The notes beneath the pieces were generated by a model that saw nothing but the letters and a program-made list of their open reading frames with translations, made no database searches and had not been told where the DNA came from. DNA of 20,000 bases. Origin: an uncultured virus (IMG/VR IMGVR_UViG_3300009507_000015) (taxonomy: Duplodnaviria; Heunggongvirae; Uroviricota; Caudoviricetes). Where the stretch lies: IMG/VR virus record IMGVR_UViG_3300009507_000015. The stretch is one strand, 5' to 3'. The translations under genes were made by a program, and so were the position numbers. Of the stretch, positions 1 to 8,608 are shown one piece after another; positions within the stretch are counted from its first letter, which is position 1, and every line of letters starts with the position of its first letter.

Positions 1-2
1 AT

Positions 3-488
3 GATTATGAAAGAAGAACTCCTGTAACATCTCATGTTCAATTTACATATACTACAAATTGGTTTATAATTAAATTAAATGATGTTTATTATAAATATGA
101 TTTGTCTAAATCTACTGTTAGTTTTTTAAAGGGTGAATGGTATGCTGCTGTTATTAACTTAAATCAATTAGCTAAACAATTATCATTATTTTTATATAAT
201 ACACCAGAATTAACTGGTGCTATTAATCCAGATAAAACAGCTGATTTAAATAACATTTATATAAACACACAAACAGTTCCAGCAATAACAGTTCCTGAAG
301 GCTATGCATGGAAATTATTAGGGTGTGAAAGTGATTTAACCAATATCAGAATATGGAGTGAACCAATAGAGGTAGAATTACAAGAATTAATTTTAAGTCA
401 ATATGTAGTAAAAGATTCTCACTTAGCTTTATTATTAGATAATGCTTCTCCAGAATTATTATTACCAACAGCTACTAACCCAAGATAA
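3..488 (+). CDS. Partial (5'-truncated) hypothetical protein, probably virion structural
   Basis: The frame of the listed 102..488 ORF stays open back to the window edge (DYERRTPVTSHVQFTYTTNWFIIKLNDVYYKYDLSKS...), so TTG 102 is probably not the true start. Beta-rich composition, lies just before the packaging genes. Confidence 0.7.
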   Translation, partial: DYERRTPVTSHVQFTYTTNWFIIKLNDVYYKYDLSKSTVSFLKGEWYAAVINLNQLAKQLSLFLYNTPELTGAINPDKTADLNNIYINTQTVPAITVPEGYAWKLLGCESDLTNIRIWSEPIEVELQELILSQYVVKDSHLALLLDNASPELLLPTATNPR

Positions 489-493
489 CTTGG

Positions 494-501
494 AATATAT
501 A
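494..501 (+). promoter_or_regulatory. Candidate phage late promoter (RATATATA)
   Basis: AATATATA ends 18 nt before ATG 520. The same motif precedes the sheath, tube, GIY-YIG, tmRNA and 19844 genes. Confidence 0.5.
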
Positions 502-519
502 TTATAAATTTAAGGTATA

Positions 520-1128
520 ATGAAAGAATCATCGAAAGGTAAATTTCGTGATAGTTTAGGAGATTTATTAAATGATCTACCAGATGAGGTAGAAGGTTTA
601 GAAAATAATTCCGAAGAACTACAGCCAGTAAAAATAGATAGCGGACAAGGTGCTGCTTTAGTTAAGGCTAAGACAAAGGCTGAAAAGGTAATGAATAGTT
701 TATTAACTTTTTATTTAAGTGAAGAAATTATTGCAGAGCATGAATACATTAGAGCAAAGGCTCAATTAGATGAATCTGCATTATCTATGTTAATAAGACA
801 AATGCAAAATAGTGAAACTGCTATTACCTTATTAATGGAAACAATACATGAAGGTGATGTATCACCAAGAATGTTTGAAGTACTTAGTGATTTACAAAGA
901 ACTCTTTTGGATATTATTAAAAGCCAAACCATGTATATGGTAGCTATCGAAGAGAATGCTAAAAAGATATCTCGTGATGTAGATGTTTATCATAGCACAG
1001 AAAGTTCAACATCCAATAAACAAAGTGGTATTAAATCTAGAGGAACAAAAGATTTAATGAGAGCTTTACAAGATACAATTAAAGAAGAAGATATAGAAGA
1101 CGTCGATGGAAATGAAAATGAAGAATGA
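520..1128 (+). CDS. Probable terminase small subunit (T4 gp16-like position)
   Basis: Helical 202-aa protein upstream of terL. The segment 'SPRMFEVLSDLQRTLLD' and the C-terminal 'GTKDLMRAL' resemble gp16-family 'PRAYEV...GSTADL' motifs. Confidence 0.65.
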   Translation: MKESSKGKFRDSLGDLLNDLPDEVEGLENNSEELQPVKIDSGQGAALVKAKTKAEKVMNSLLTFYLSEEIIAEHEYIRAKAQLDESALSMLIRQMQNSETAITLLMETIHEGDVSPRMFEVLSDLQRTLLDIIKSQTMYMVAIEENAKKISRDVDVYHSTESSTSNKQSGIKSRGTKDLMRALQDTIKEEDIEDVDGNENEE

Positions 1129-1369
1129 TTATCTGTTAATTCAGGAAATCGAACAACAAGAAACTAAAACAGATTCAGGAATTATAATACCTGTTGAGAA
1201 ACATAATCGCCAAGCAAAGATTATTAATGCTGGTGATGCAGAGTATTTAAAGGCTGGAGATGTTATATTAAAAAATATGGGCAAAGGTACAATGTTAACT
1301 TTAAATAATACAGAATTTGAAGTAATACATATTAACCAAATAATTGCCGTAGTAGAAGATAATGGCTAA
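1106..1369 (+). CDS. groES: GroES/Cpn10-like co-chaperonin (true start may be ATG 1112 or 1118)
   Basis: Mobile-loop 'ETKTDSGIIIP', 'LKAGDVIL' and C-terminal 'IIAVVE' follow the GroES pattern (EKTASGIIIP...VKVGD.VL...DILAIV). Confidence 0.85.
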   Translation: MEMKMKNDYLLIQEIEQQETKTDSGIIIPVEKHNRQAKIINAGDAEYLKAGDVILKNMGKGTMLTLNNTEFEVIHINQIIAVVEDNG

Positions 1370-3176
1370 ACCACAAGCAGAATCAGCAGGATTTGAATTT
1401 AAGATATCGAAAGGTGCTGAGTCTTTTGCGTGGACTAGTCATAAAGTTGAGCAATTAATGCTGGCTATTGATGAAGGTTATAAACCAAAGTCTACACCTT
1501 TCTATGAAGGTAATCCTAATTTAAGAAAAGGTAATATTGTATTTAATTATACTGATGAAGAGATAAGAGAAATTAAAAGGTGTGCAAAAGATATTGTTTA
1601 TTTTGCTAATACTTATTGCACTGTAATGACGGATGAAGGTTTACAGACAATTGAACTAAGGCCTTACCAAGAAAATATGTTAAGGCAATTTCAAGCTGAA
1701 AGATTTAATATATGTTTAGCAAGTAGGCAGGTTGGTAAAACAATATGTTCATCTATTTTTATTGCATGGTATTCGGTATTTAATTTTGATAAAAATTCGC
1801 TAATACTTTCAAATAAGGGTGCTACAACAAGAGAGATTATTGATAAAGGTAAAACTATATTAGAACATTTACCTTTCTTTATCAAGCCCGGTACACTTAA
1901 ATGGGATGTGTTTAATTCCAAGTTTGATAATGGTTGTAGAATCATAGGTCAGACAACAACTAAGAAAGCAGCAATTGGTTTTACTATTCATTTATTATTT
2001 ATGGATGAGTTTGCTCATATACCTGCAAACTTTGTAAATACCTTTTATGAAAATGTTTATCCAACGGTGTCTGCATCTACAAACTCTAAAGTAATAATAA
2101 CTAGTACACCTAATGGTTTTAATAAGTTCTATGACATCTATACAGCTGCTGATAAAGGATTAAGTGAATATACGCCATTCCGAGTTGATTGGTGGGATGT
2201 ACCTGGAAGAGATGACGCATGGATGAGACAAGAGGTTGCCAACTTAGGAAGTGATGAAGCATTTAATAGACAGTATGGAAATCAGTTTATAGCAAGCTCT
2301 TCATTATTATTAAGTGCAGCTAGTTTAAAAAAGTTAACACAAGGCCAAATAGAATTTGAACATAAAGAGATACCAGAATTTGATGATGCCGAAATTGATT
2401 ACTCCGGTTTACTATGGCAACCTAATTTTAATTTAGATGAAATAGAAGAAGATTATAATTATTGGGTATTCTCGGTTGATATAGCAGAAGGTACAGGTGG
2501 AGACTTTTCAGTTATTAATATTTTTCAGATTAAGATGCTAGATGAAAAGGATTGGAAAGGTGTAACCACGCCTGGAAGTTTTGTTGACTTTTTTGGTATT
2601 AGTCAAATAGGAAGATTTAGAAGTAATTCTCATACCATAGAAGAATTTGCAAAAACACTATACATTTTAGCATTTGATTTATTTTACTCAGAAAATGTAA
2701 AATTAATTATAGAATGGAATATGTTTGGTGGAGAATTAATAAAAAGAATGGAAACTGTATTTCCACAGAGAAATGAATTTGATGAAGAAAGTGTTGTTAA
2801 ATTTAAACATAGAGTTGATGCCAAAACAAAACAATTTGGCCTTAAAGTAAAAAAAGATAATAAACCTATTTTCTGTCAAAACTTTAAAAAATATATTTCT
2901 CAAAATAAAATTAGCATTTATGATAAAGATACTGTAAAAGAATCATCAACCTTTGGTAAACTCCCAAATGGATCATATGCAGGCCAATTAGGTAATGATG
3001 ATTTAATTATGACTTGTATAAATAGTTCTGAGTTCTTTACTACATTAGATTTTTCAGATTTTGTCGAAGAGATTTATGATGAGATAGATCCTTCTATTCA
3101 AAATAAGATAGAAGAAATTCTAGAAAAAGATTCAAAGGGTGGGAATCTAAATTTTGATATCTATGACTTAGTATAA
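1362..3176 (+). CDS. terL: Terminase large subunit (T4 gp17-like)
   Basis: Adenine-binding LRPYQ, Walker A ASRQVGKT, Walker B LLFMDEFA, coupling motif ITSTPNG, nuclease 'VDIAEG..GDFS' and 'NDDLIM'. Confidence 0.97.
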   Translation: MAKPQAESAGFEFKISKGAESFAWTSHKVEQLMLAIDEGYKPKSTPFYEGNPNLRKGNIVFNYTDEEIREIKRCAKDIVYFANTYCTVMTDEGLQTIELRPYQENMLRQFQAERFNICLASRQVGKTICSSIFIAWYSVFNFDKNSLILSNKGATTREIIDKGKTILEHLPFFIKPGTLKWDVFNSKFDNGCRIIGQTTTKKAAIGFTIHLLFMDEFAHIPANFVNTFYENVYPTVSASTNSKVIITSTPNGFNKFYDIYTAADKGLSEYTPFRVDWWDVPGRDDAWMRQEVANLGSDEAFNRQYGNQFIASSSLLLSAASLKKLTQGQIEFEHKEIPEFDDAEIDYSGLLWQPNFNLDEIEEDYNYWVFSVDIAEGTGGDFSVINIFQIKMLDEKDWKGVTTPGSFVDFFGISQIGRFRSNSHTIEEFAKTLYILAFDLFYSENVKLIIEWNMFGGELIKRMETVFPQRNEFDEESVVKFKHRVDAKTKQFGLKVKKDNKPIFCQNFKKYISQNKISIYDKDTVKESSTFGKLPNGSYAGQLGNDDLIMTCINSSEFFTTLDFSDFVEEIYDEIDPSIQNKIEEILEKDSKGGNLNFDIYDLV

Positions 3177-3193
3177 AAAGTAGTTACTTGGTA

Positions 3194-3215
3194 GATATAT
3201 AAAAAAACAAATAAA
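3194..3215 (+). promoter_or_regulatory. Candidate late promoter/leader of tail sheath gene
   Basis: GATATATA at 3194-3201. The 21-mer ATATATAAAAAAACAAATAAA (3195-3215) recurs exactly at 6472-6492. Confidence 0.6.
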
Positions 3216-3235
3216 CAAAAAAAATATATTATAAG

Positions 3236-6200
3236 ATGGCACTAGATCCAAAAATAGCTTCTCTTAAAGCTGCAGGAACATATAGGTTTGAATTTGATAA
3301 AAGTCAAGTCGTAAGTATACCTGCAAATCAAACTCGATTGGTAGTCGGTTTTTCTAAGACAGGCCCGTTCAATACACCCGTCTTTGTTCCCGATACTTCT
3401 TTCTTTAAACAAGTATACGGTGATATAGATAGAAATTTAGAAAGAAAAGATTCTTTTTTCCACAGAAGCTGTTTATCAGCTCTTGAAAGAGGTCCTATTC
3501 TTGCTCTTAATTTATTAAGCTTAGATGCTACTGATAAAGTTAATGCTGTTCGTTTTGCAACATCTGCAACACCAGAGGCACAAGCTAATATAGGAGCAGA
3601 CTATGAATACGCAAAATTTTATAACAGAGATAAATTTTGGTTTCCATCAACATCAGATTTTTTAACTAATGTTGGGGCAAATCAAGATGTATTAAGTTCA
3701 TTAACAGTAAATGATTTATTAGATGTTACTAACTTAGGACAAAATCCTATATCTGTAATCGCTAAAAAATCTGCTGCAACAAACGTTTTACCTTATCAAG
3801 TAACTGTTGAGGAATGGTATGGTGCTGCAAATGTACCAGGTTTCTTAGATAAAGATAGTTTAATATCTGACTTCTTTGTAGATATCTTTGTATTAAAAGG
3901 TAACTTCGGTGGAGACTTTAGTACTACTACTCCTTATTCAAGGTTTAATTCAGATCCATTATTTCAAAAGTATTTTGATCCAACACAAGGATTAAAAAGA
4001 AAAAAGTTTGCAACTGATTCTACAGATACATTATTACAAGAATTCTTTAATGAAACTGAAGTAACACTACAAGCAACTTATACTGCATGTTTAATTCCGG
4101 ATTTTGTAGATTTATTAGGTAATAACCTTTTCGTTGAAAAAGTTGTTAATGCTGATACTGCAAGTACTGGATTATTTGTTACTGTAAATGAAGATTTATT
4201 TAGTGGAGATATTTTAATAGATGGTGTACCTGGAGGAATTGATATGATAGGACACAATATTGAATATACTCAGGCTACTTCAATCCAAGATGATGTTAAT
4301 TTCTTATCATACGGTGGATCAATTGTTTCTGACTTATCTTATGCAAGAACACAAACCTTATCTACAACTGTAGTTAATTCAGCAAGTACAATAACTACTT
4401 CTGTTCCTACTGCTGGAGGTATACAAATACAACTAGTAAATACTGATGCTACTAAAGATGCTATCTGGGATGCATTCTCAGGAATGAGAGCAAATACGTC
4501 TTCATTAGTAGGATCATTTATATATGATACTGTAACTACTGAATGGGTACCAGTAACATCTGTACAAACTGTAGGTAATACTGTAACTGTATTATTATCA
4601 GATGTAGGTTCAACGCAATTAGCAGATTTTCCAACAGGTGCTGCTGCAAGTTATACTTATATTAATGAAGCTGACTTTGGATTTGTAAGAAATACAAATG
4701 TAAGTGGTGGAGCTGCTGGAATTATTGGTTCTTATGGATCAACATTACAAAAGCAATTTGCTAACGGTACTTTAACTGATGGTGATGAAGCAGTTTACAA
4801 AGATGCATTAGGAACTTATACTTCTTATTTAGCAATGAATTCTATAGACTTTGGATGGATTATTGATGGAGCTGGGGCAACTGCTGCAGGAACTAAGAAA
4901 GCAATATCTGATCCAGCATATTATTTACCAGCTGTAAGCATTACTCCTTATGAACAAGATTCATTTACTACATTAACGCCACAATCTCAATTTACAATTG
5001 ATAGCACAGGGCAATTTATTAAGTCTGATGGTACGGCATTATGGCCAGTAAATACTTTAGGTGTACAAACACTAAAAGGTGCTCTTAACCTTACTGTAGA
5101 TATTATAGGTGATTCATTAAACGAACCAACATTAAAGCCAAATGAAATTCTTATTGCAACAACTTCACCAGAACTTGCTGATATTGTTGTAGGAAATTAT
5201 ATGGTACATTTTGAAGGTTCTGCTACAATACCACATTCTAGGTTAACAAGAATAAACATTGTAGAAGGTGGATTAACTCCTTCGGAATATGCAATTATTC
5301 CTGCAGGAACAACTGCCATTAAAGTAACATGTCAATCTGAGGTTAGTGTAACTGCACAAGGTGCTTTAAAAACAGTAGAGGTTTATTATCCAATTGATTC
5401 TTGGGTAGATTACCTTAATGTATTTGAATTACCTGGGTTTGCATTAGATTCAACTAAACATGTACCTGATGGAACAAATTCTAGACAGAATAAATGTTTA
5501 AGTCCAATATTAGGTGGAACTAATTTATATAAAGCTTTAATCGACAGAGAAACAATTAACTTCCGTTATGTAGTAGATACTTATGGAAATGGAATTGAAG
5601 CAAACTGTAAAGCTATTTATACAAATTTATGTATGAGTAGAAAAAATGCATTTGCTATTGTAAATTCTCCATCAGCTAAAGACTTTAAGAAAAATACAGA
5701 TCCAAGTTTCTCTGATGCAACTGGAGGGTTATCCTCTAAGTTTATATCTGAAGGTGGAAACCTTGCACTGAATCCAACAATTAGATTCTCGTTACCTGCT
5801 GCAACAAGCGGTGGTTCATGGGGAGGGTATTATTATCCATTCTTAACTGTTAGAGATTTAGGTAAGAACATAAGTGTACCACCTGCAGCATATGTATCAA
5901 ATAACTTTATTCTTAAATATGAAAACGCATTACCTTGGTCAATCGTAGCAGGTGTAAGACGTGGAGTAATAGGTGGAAATGGAGTTGTAGGATTAGAGAT
6001 TAATCTTGACCAAGAAGACAGATTCTTCCTAGAGCCATTCGGAATCAATCCAATTGTATTCCAAAGTGGAACAGGACCAACTATCTTTGCAAATAAAACT
6101 GCTCAGCAAGTTCCAAAATCTGCTTTAAGTTCAATTAATGTTAGAGAGGTTGTAATTTACATCCAAGATGGTATTGAAGCAATTCTTAAAAACTACTTAT

Positions 6201-6454
6201 TTGAATTTAATACAGCTCAAACAAGATTAGAGATTAAAACATTAGCTGATAACTTCTTAGCAACTGTTCAAAATGATGATGGTGTTTATGATTATAGAAA
6301 TATAATGGATGAAACCAATAACACACCAGAGGTCATTGATCAAAATGTAGGTATCCTAGATACATATATTGAACCAACGAGAGGAATGGAAATTCTTGTA
6401 CAAAGAACAACTATTTTAAGAACTGGTGCAATTAGTACAGGAAACTTTCAATAA
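3236..6454 (+). CDS. Contractile tail sheath protein (T4 gp18-like), enlarged
   Basis: N-terminal 'AGTYRFEFDKS...VVGFSKTGPFNTPV'; C-terminal 'PWSIVAGVRRG', 'GINPIVF', 'SINVRE', 'FEFNTAQTR', 'DETNNTPEVID...YIEPTRGME' are standard sheath motifs. Confidence 0.96.
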   Translation: MALDPKIASLKAAGTYRFEFDKSQVVSIPANQTRLVVGFSKTGPFNTPVFVPDTSFFKQVYGDIDRNLERKDSFFHRSCLSALERGPILALNLLSLDATDKVNAVRFATSATPEAQANIGADYEYAKFYNRDKFWFPSTSDFLTNVGANQDVLSSLTVNDLLDVTNLGQNPISVIAKKSAATNVLPYQVTVEEWYGAANVPGFLDKDSLISDFFVDIFVLKGNFGGDFSTTTPYSRFNSDPLFQKYFDPTQGLKRKKFATDSTDTLLQEFFNETEVTLQATYTACLIPDFVDLLGNNLFVEKVVNADTASTGLFVTVNEDLFSGDILIDGVPGGIDMIGHNIEYTQATSIQDDVNFLSYGGSIVSDLSYARTQTLSTTVVNSASTITTSVPTAGGIQIQLVNTDATKDAIWDAFSGMRANTSSLVGSFIYDTVTTEWVPVTSVQTVGNTVTVLLSDVGSTQLADFPTGAAASYTYINEADFGFVRNTNVSGGAAGIIGSYGSTLQKQFANGTLTDGDEAVYKDALGTYTSYLAMNSIDFGWIIDGAGATAAGTKKAISDPAYYLPAVSITPYEQDSFTTLTPQSQFTIDSTGQFIKSDGTALWPVNTLGVQTLKGALNLTVDIIGDSLNEPTLKPNEILIATTSPELADIVVGNYMVHFEGSATIPHSRLTRINIVEGGLTPSEYAIIPAGTTAIKVTCQSEVSVTAQGALKTVEVYYPIDSWVDYLNVFELPGFALDSTKHVPDGTNSRQNKCLSPILGGTNLYKALIDRETINFRYVVDTYGNGIEANCKAIYTNLCMSRKNAFAIVNSPSAKDFKKNTDPSFSDATGGLSSKFISEGGNLALNPTIRFSLPAATSGGSWGGYYYPFLTVRDLGKNISVPPAAYVSNNFILKYENALPWSIVAGVRRGVIGGNGVVGLEINLDQEDRFFLEPFGINPIVFQSGTGPTIFANKTAQQVPKSALSSINVREVVIYIQDGIEAILKNYLFEFNTAQTRLEIKTLADNFLATVQNDDGVYDYRNIMDETNNTPEVIDQNVGILDTYIEPTRGMEILVQRTTILRTGAISTGNFQ

Positions 6455-6470
6455 GAAGTAACTAAAGACG

Positions 6471-6492
6471 AATATATAAAAAAACAAATAAA
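6471..6492 (+). promoter_or_regulatory. Candidate late promoter/leader of tail tube gene
   Basis: AATATATA at 6471-6478 within the same 21-nt element found upstream of the sheath gene. Confidence 0.6.
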
Positions 6493-6494
6493 AT

Positions 6495-7049
6495 ATGCCA
6501 CTACCACATTATACCCAATCAAGGGCCAGTAGCCAAAGGTACGAACCTATTCAGCCTAACCTATTTGAGGTGACTGTATTTTCACCACTAGGGGATGATA
6601 CGGGTTTAATCTTAGAGCAAGTAAAATCAATCGGAGGATTAAATAACTTAAATCCATCTATTGATGCTATAAATCAAAAATATAAGTTTGCTGATAGATC
6701 TTATGCAGGTATGCCAGCTCAGACGTTTGTTGATTTAACCATGAACTTTACTCTTAATTTGAATGAAGCTAATGAAAACTACATTTATAATACTTTCCGT
6801 AATTGGAATAACTTAATCTATGATCCATTAACTGGTGAAATGGGATTAAAGAAAGATTATATAGGAAGTATGATTGTAGTTCAATATAACAGAGCAGGTG
6901 ATATTTTCAGAAAGATTACATTTAAAGATGTATTCCCAACTGGACAACCTGATTTTGTGGATGAATTGAATTATGAAACTCAAGATGCAGCTGAATTAAC
7001 AATGACTTATCGTTGTGATCACTGGGTTGAAGAGAACGTAGGAGCATAA
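6495..7049 (+). CDS. Tail tube protein (T4 gp19-like)
   Basis: 184 aa directly after the sheath; 'PNLFEV', 'FRNWNNLIYDPLTG', 'KKDY', 'FKDVFPT', 'ELNYE', 'MTYRCDHW' are typical of gp19-like tubes. Confidence 0.92.
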   Translation: MPLPHYTQSRASSQRYEPIQPNLFEVTVFSPLGDDTGLILEQVKSIGGLNNLNPSIDAINQKYKFADRSYAGMPAQTFVDLTMNFTLNLNEANENYIYNTFRNWNNLIYDPLTGEMGLKKDYIGSMIVVQYNRAGDIFRKITFKDVFPTGQPDFVDELNYETQDAAELTMTYRCDHWVEENVGA

Positions 7050-7061
7050 ATTTTAAATATT

Positions 7062-7095
7062 AAACTGGGAATATTAAAGTATTCCCAGTTTTTTT
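7062..7095 (+). terminator. Rho-independent terminator after sheath-tube operon
   Basis: Perfect 12-bp stem AAACTGGGAATA (7062-7073) / TATTCCCAGTTT (7080-7091), 6-nt loop, running into a T tract ending at 7095. Confidence 0.9.
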
Positions 7096-7106
7096 GCTTA
7101 CTCCCT

Positions 7107-7133
7107 AATATATAATATAAAATATATAATATA
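7107..7133 (+). repeat. Tandem 13-nt direct repeat AATATATAATATA, each copy containing the late-promoter motif
   Basis: Identical copies at 7107-7119 and 7121-7133, ending 3 nt before ATG 7137. Low complexity limits significance. Confidence 0.5.
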
Positions 7134-7136
7134 GAA

Positions 7137-7607
7137 ATGATAATCTATAAATTACAACAGCAAAAAACAAACAAGGTTTATGTAGGGTATTCTATAAACG
7201 ATAACCCAAATAACCTTGGATCAGGCAAATACATCAAAAGAGCAGTTAGAGATTTTGGAACTAAAGCTTTTAATAGAGAAGTTCTAGAAATTTTTGAAGG
7301 CAATGAACCTTTAAGTGATGTTTTAAAAAGAGTGGAATATTGGATTGGTAAATTTAAATCTGATAATCCTAAATATGGTTTCAATGAAACTGTACAAGAA
7401 CTTATTCCTCAAAAGAAAAGGCTTACTAAAAAATTACAAGTTTTATTAACACCTGAAGATGAGGATAGTCTAAATACAATAATTATACAAAAATCAATGG
7501 AAACTGGTATAAAACCTGTAGCAATTTCTAGATATGTAAGACAGTTAATAGTAGAGCATATTGTTGATGAAAATAAAATTGAAAAACAATTAATAAAAAA
7601 TAATTAA
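7137..7607 (+). CDS. GIY-YIG (Seg-like) domain fused to a C-terminal ribbon-helix-helix-like domain
   Basis: 'IIYKL....TNKVYVGYS', 'LGSGKYIKRAVRDFG..AF.REVLE' and 'NPKYGFN' match Seg-type GIY-YIG. The C-terminus 'LTKKLQVLLTPEDEDSL...AISRYVRQLIVEHI' has an RHH pattern. Confidence 0.75.
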   Translation: MIIYKLQQQKTNKVYVGYSINDNPNNLGSGKYIKRAVRDFGTKAFNREVLEIFEGNEPLSDVLKRVEYWIGKFKSDNPKYGFNETVQELIPQKKRLTKKLQVLLTPEDEDSLNTIIIQKSMETGIKPVAISRYVRQLIVEHIVDENKIEKQLIKNN

Positions 7608-7609
7608 AA

Positions 7610-8608
7610 ATGTCAAAAGAGCACGAAGAAAATATTAAGAAAGAATTTGCTGCTGCTGAAGGTATTGCAGTAGAAGCTACAGAAACTCCTAAAGAAACAG
7701 TTAAGGAATTAGGTAAAGTTGATGTTAACAGACAAATGGATAAAATTACGTCTGATGATGTAGAAATAAAAAGATTAAATGCATTAGTAGGATATACTAA
7801 ATTAGATCTTACTACATTCCCATCAAGAGGTAAATTTTATAGAGATGATTTTGAAATTCATATCAGGCCTGCAAGAGTTGCTGAAATTAGAGCGTTTTCT
7901 ACAATAGACGAAAACAATTTAAAAGAAGTAGATGATGGATTAAATAATATTGTACTATCATGTAGTAAAGTACAATATGGAAATCAAAGAGGATCTTATA
8001 AAGATGTTCTTGAAGAAGACAGGATTTATTTAATTTTGTCAATTAGAGAATTAACATTTAAAACAGGAGAACAAACATTAATGATGCCTGTTGGAAAAAA
8101 ATCATGTAAAACTAATAATTGTAAAGCACAAGAATCTGTTGAATTGAGAACAAACAATTTACAATTTAATACTATCGTTGATTCAATTGAAAAATATTAT
8201 GATGATGCTGATAGGTGTTATTCTATAACTACAAAAAATTATGGCATGATTAAATTGGCACCACCTACAATCGGTGTTATGAGAGCTATAACTGATTATA
8301 TCAGAACTAGGGAAGAAAAAAATCAAAGCTGGGATAAATCTACACTAGCTATCTTGCCTTACTTACAGAGAGAATGGCGAGGATGGCAAGAAAAAGATAT
8401 ATTTTCTTTAATTACCTCCTTTCAAGGATGGGATGCTACAAAATATACAATTGTGTATAGGTTAGCTGAAGATTTAAAAATCGGTGTAAAGCCGGAGATG
8501 GGATTCCCATGTCAAAGCTGCGGTGAGGAGGTCACCGTTCCGCTCACGTTTCCCGGCGGTATCAAGGCTATGTTCATTATTCCAGATATCTCTGCTGAAC
8601 TTCTTTAA
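7610..8608 (+). CDS. Baseplate hub / tail assembly chaperone (T4 gp26-like)
   Basis: 'FPSRGKFY', 'IRPARVAE', 'EDRIYLILSIRELTF', Cys pairs (CKTNNC; CQSCG) and 'LAPPTIG'; located between tube and tape measure. Confidence 0.75.
   Translation: MSKEHEENIKKEFAAAEGIAVEATETPKETVKELGKVDVNRQMDKITSDDVEIKRLNALVGYTKLDLTTFPSRGKFYRDDFEIHIRPARVAEIRAFSTIDENNLKEVDDGLNNIVLSCSKVQYGNQRGSYKDVLEEDRIYLILSIRELTFKTGEQTLMMPVGKKSCKTNNCKAQESVELRTNNLQFNTIVDSIEKYYDDADRCYSITTKNYGMIKLAPPTIGVMRAITDYIRTREEKNQSWDKSTLAILPYLQREWRGWQEKDIFSLITSFQGWDATKYTIVYRLAEDLKIGVKPEMGFPCQSCGEEVTVPLTFPGGIKAMFIIPDISAELL

Noticed and set aside
1362..3176. Intein or intron in terminase large subunit
   Set aside because: 604 aa with contiguous motifs and no intein splice or LAGLIDADG signature.
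8523..8525. GTG 8523 as the true start of the 111-aa ORF
   Set aside because: It is buried in a hairpin stem, the SD-like GGAGG lies downstream rather than upstream of it, it lacks the A-rich leader of other genes, and the resulting N-terminus (RRSPFRSRFP) looks like off-frame sequence.
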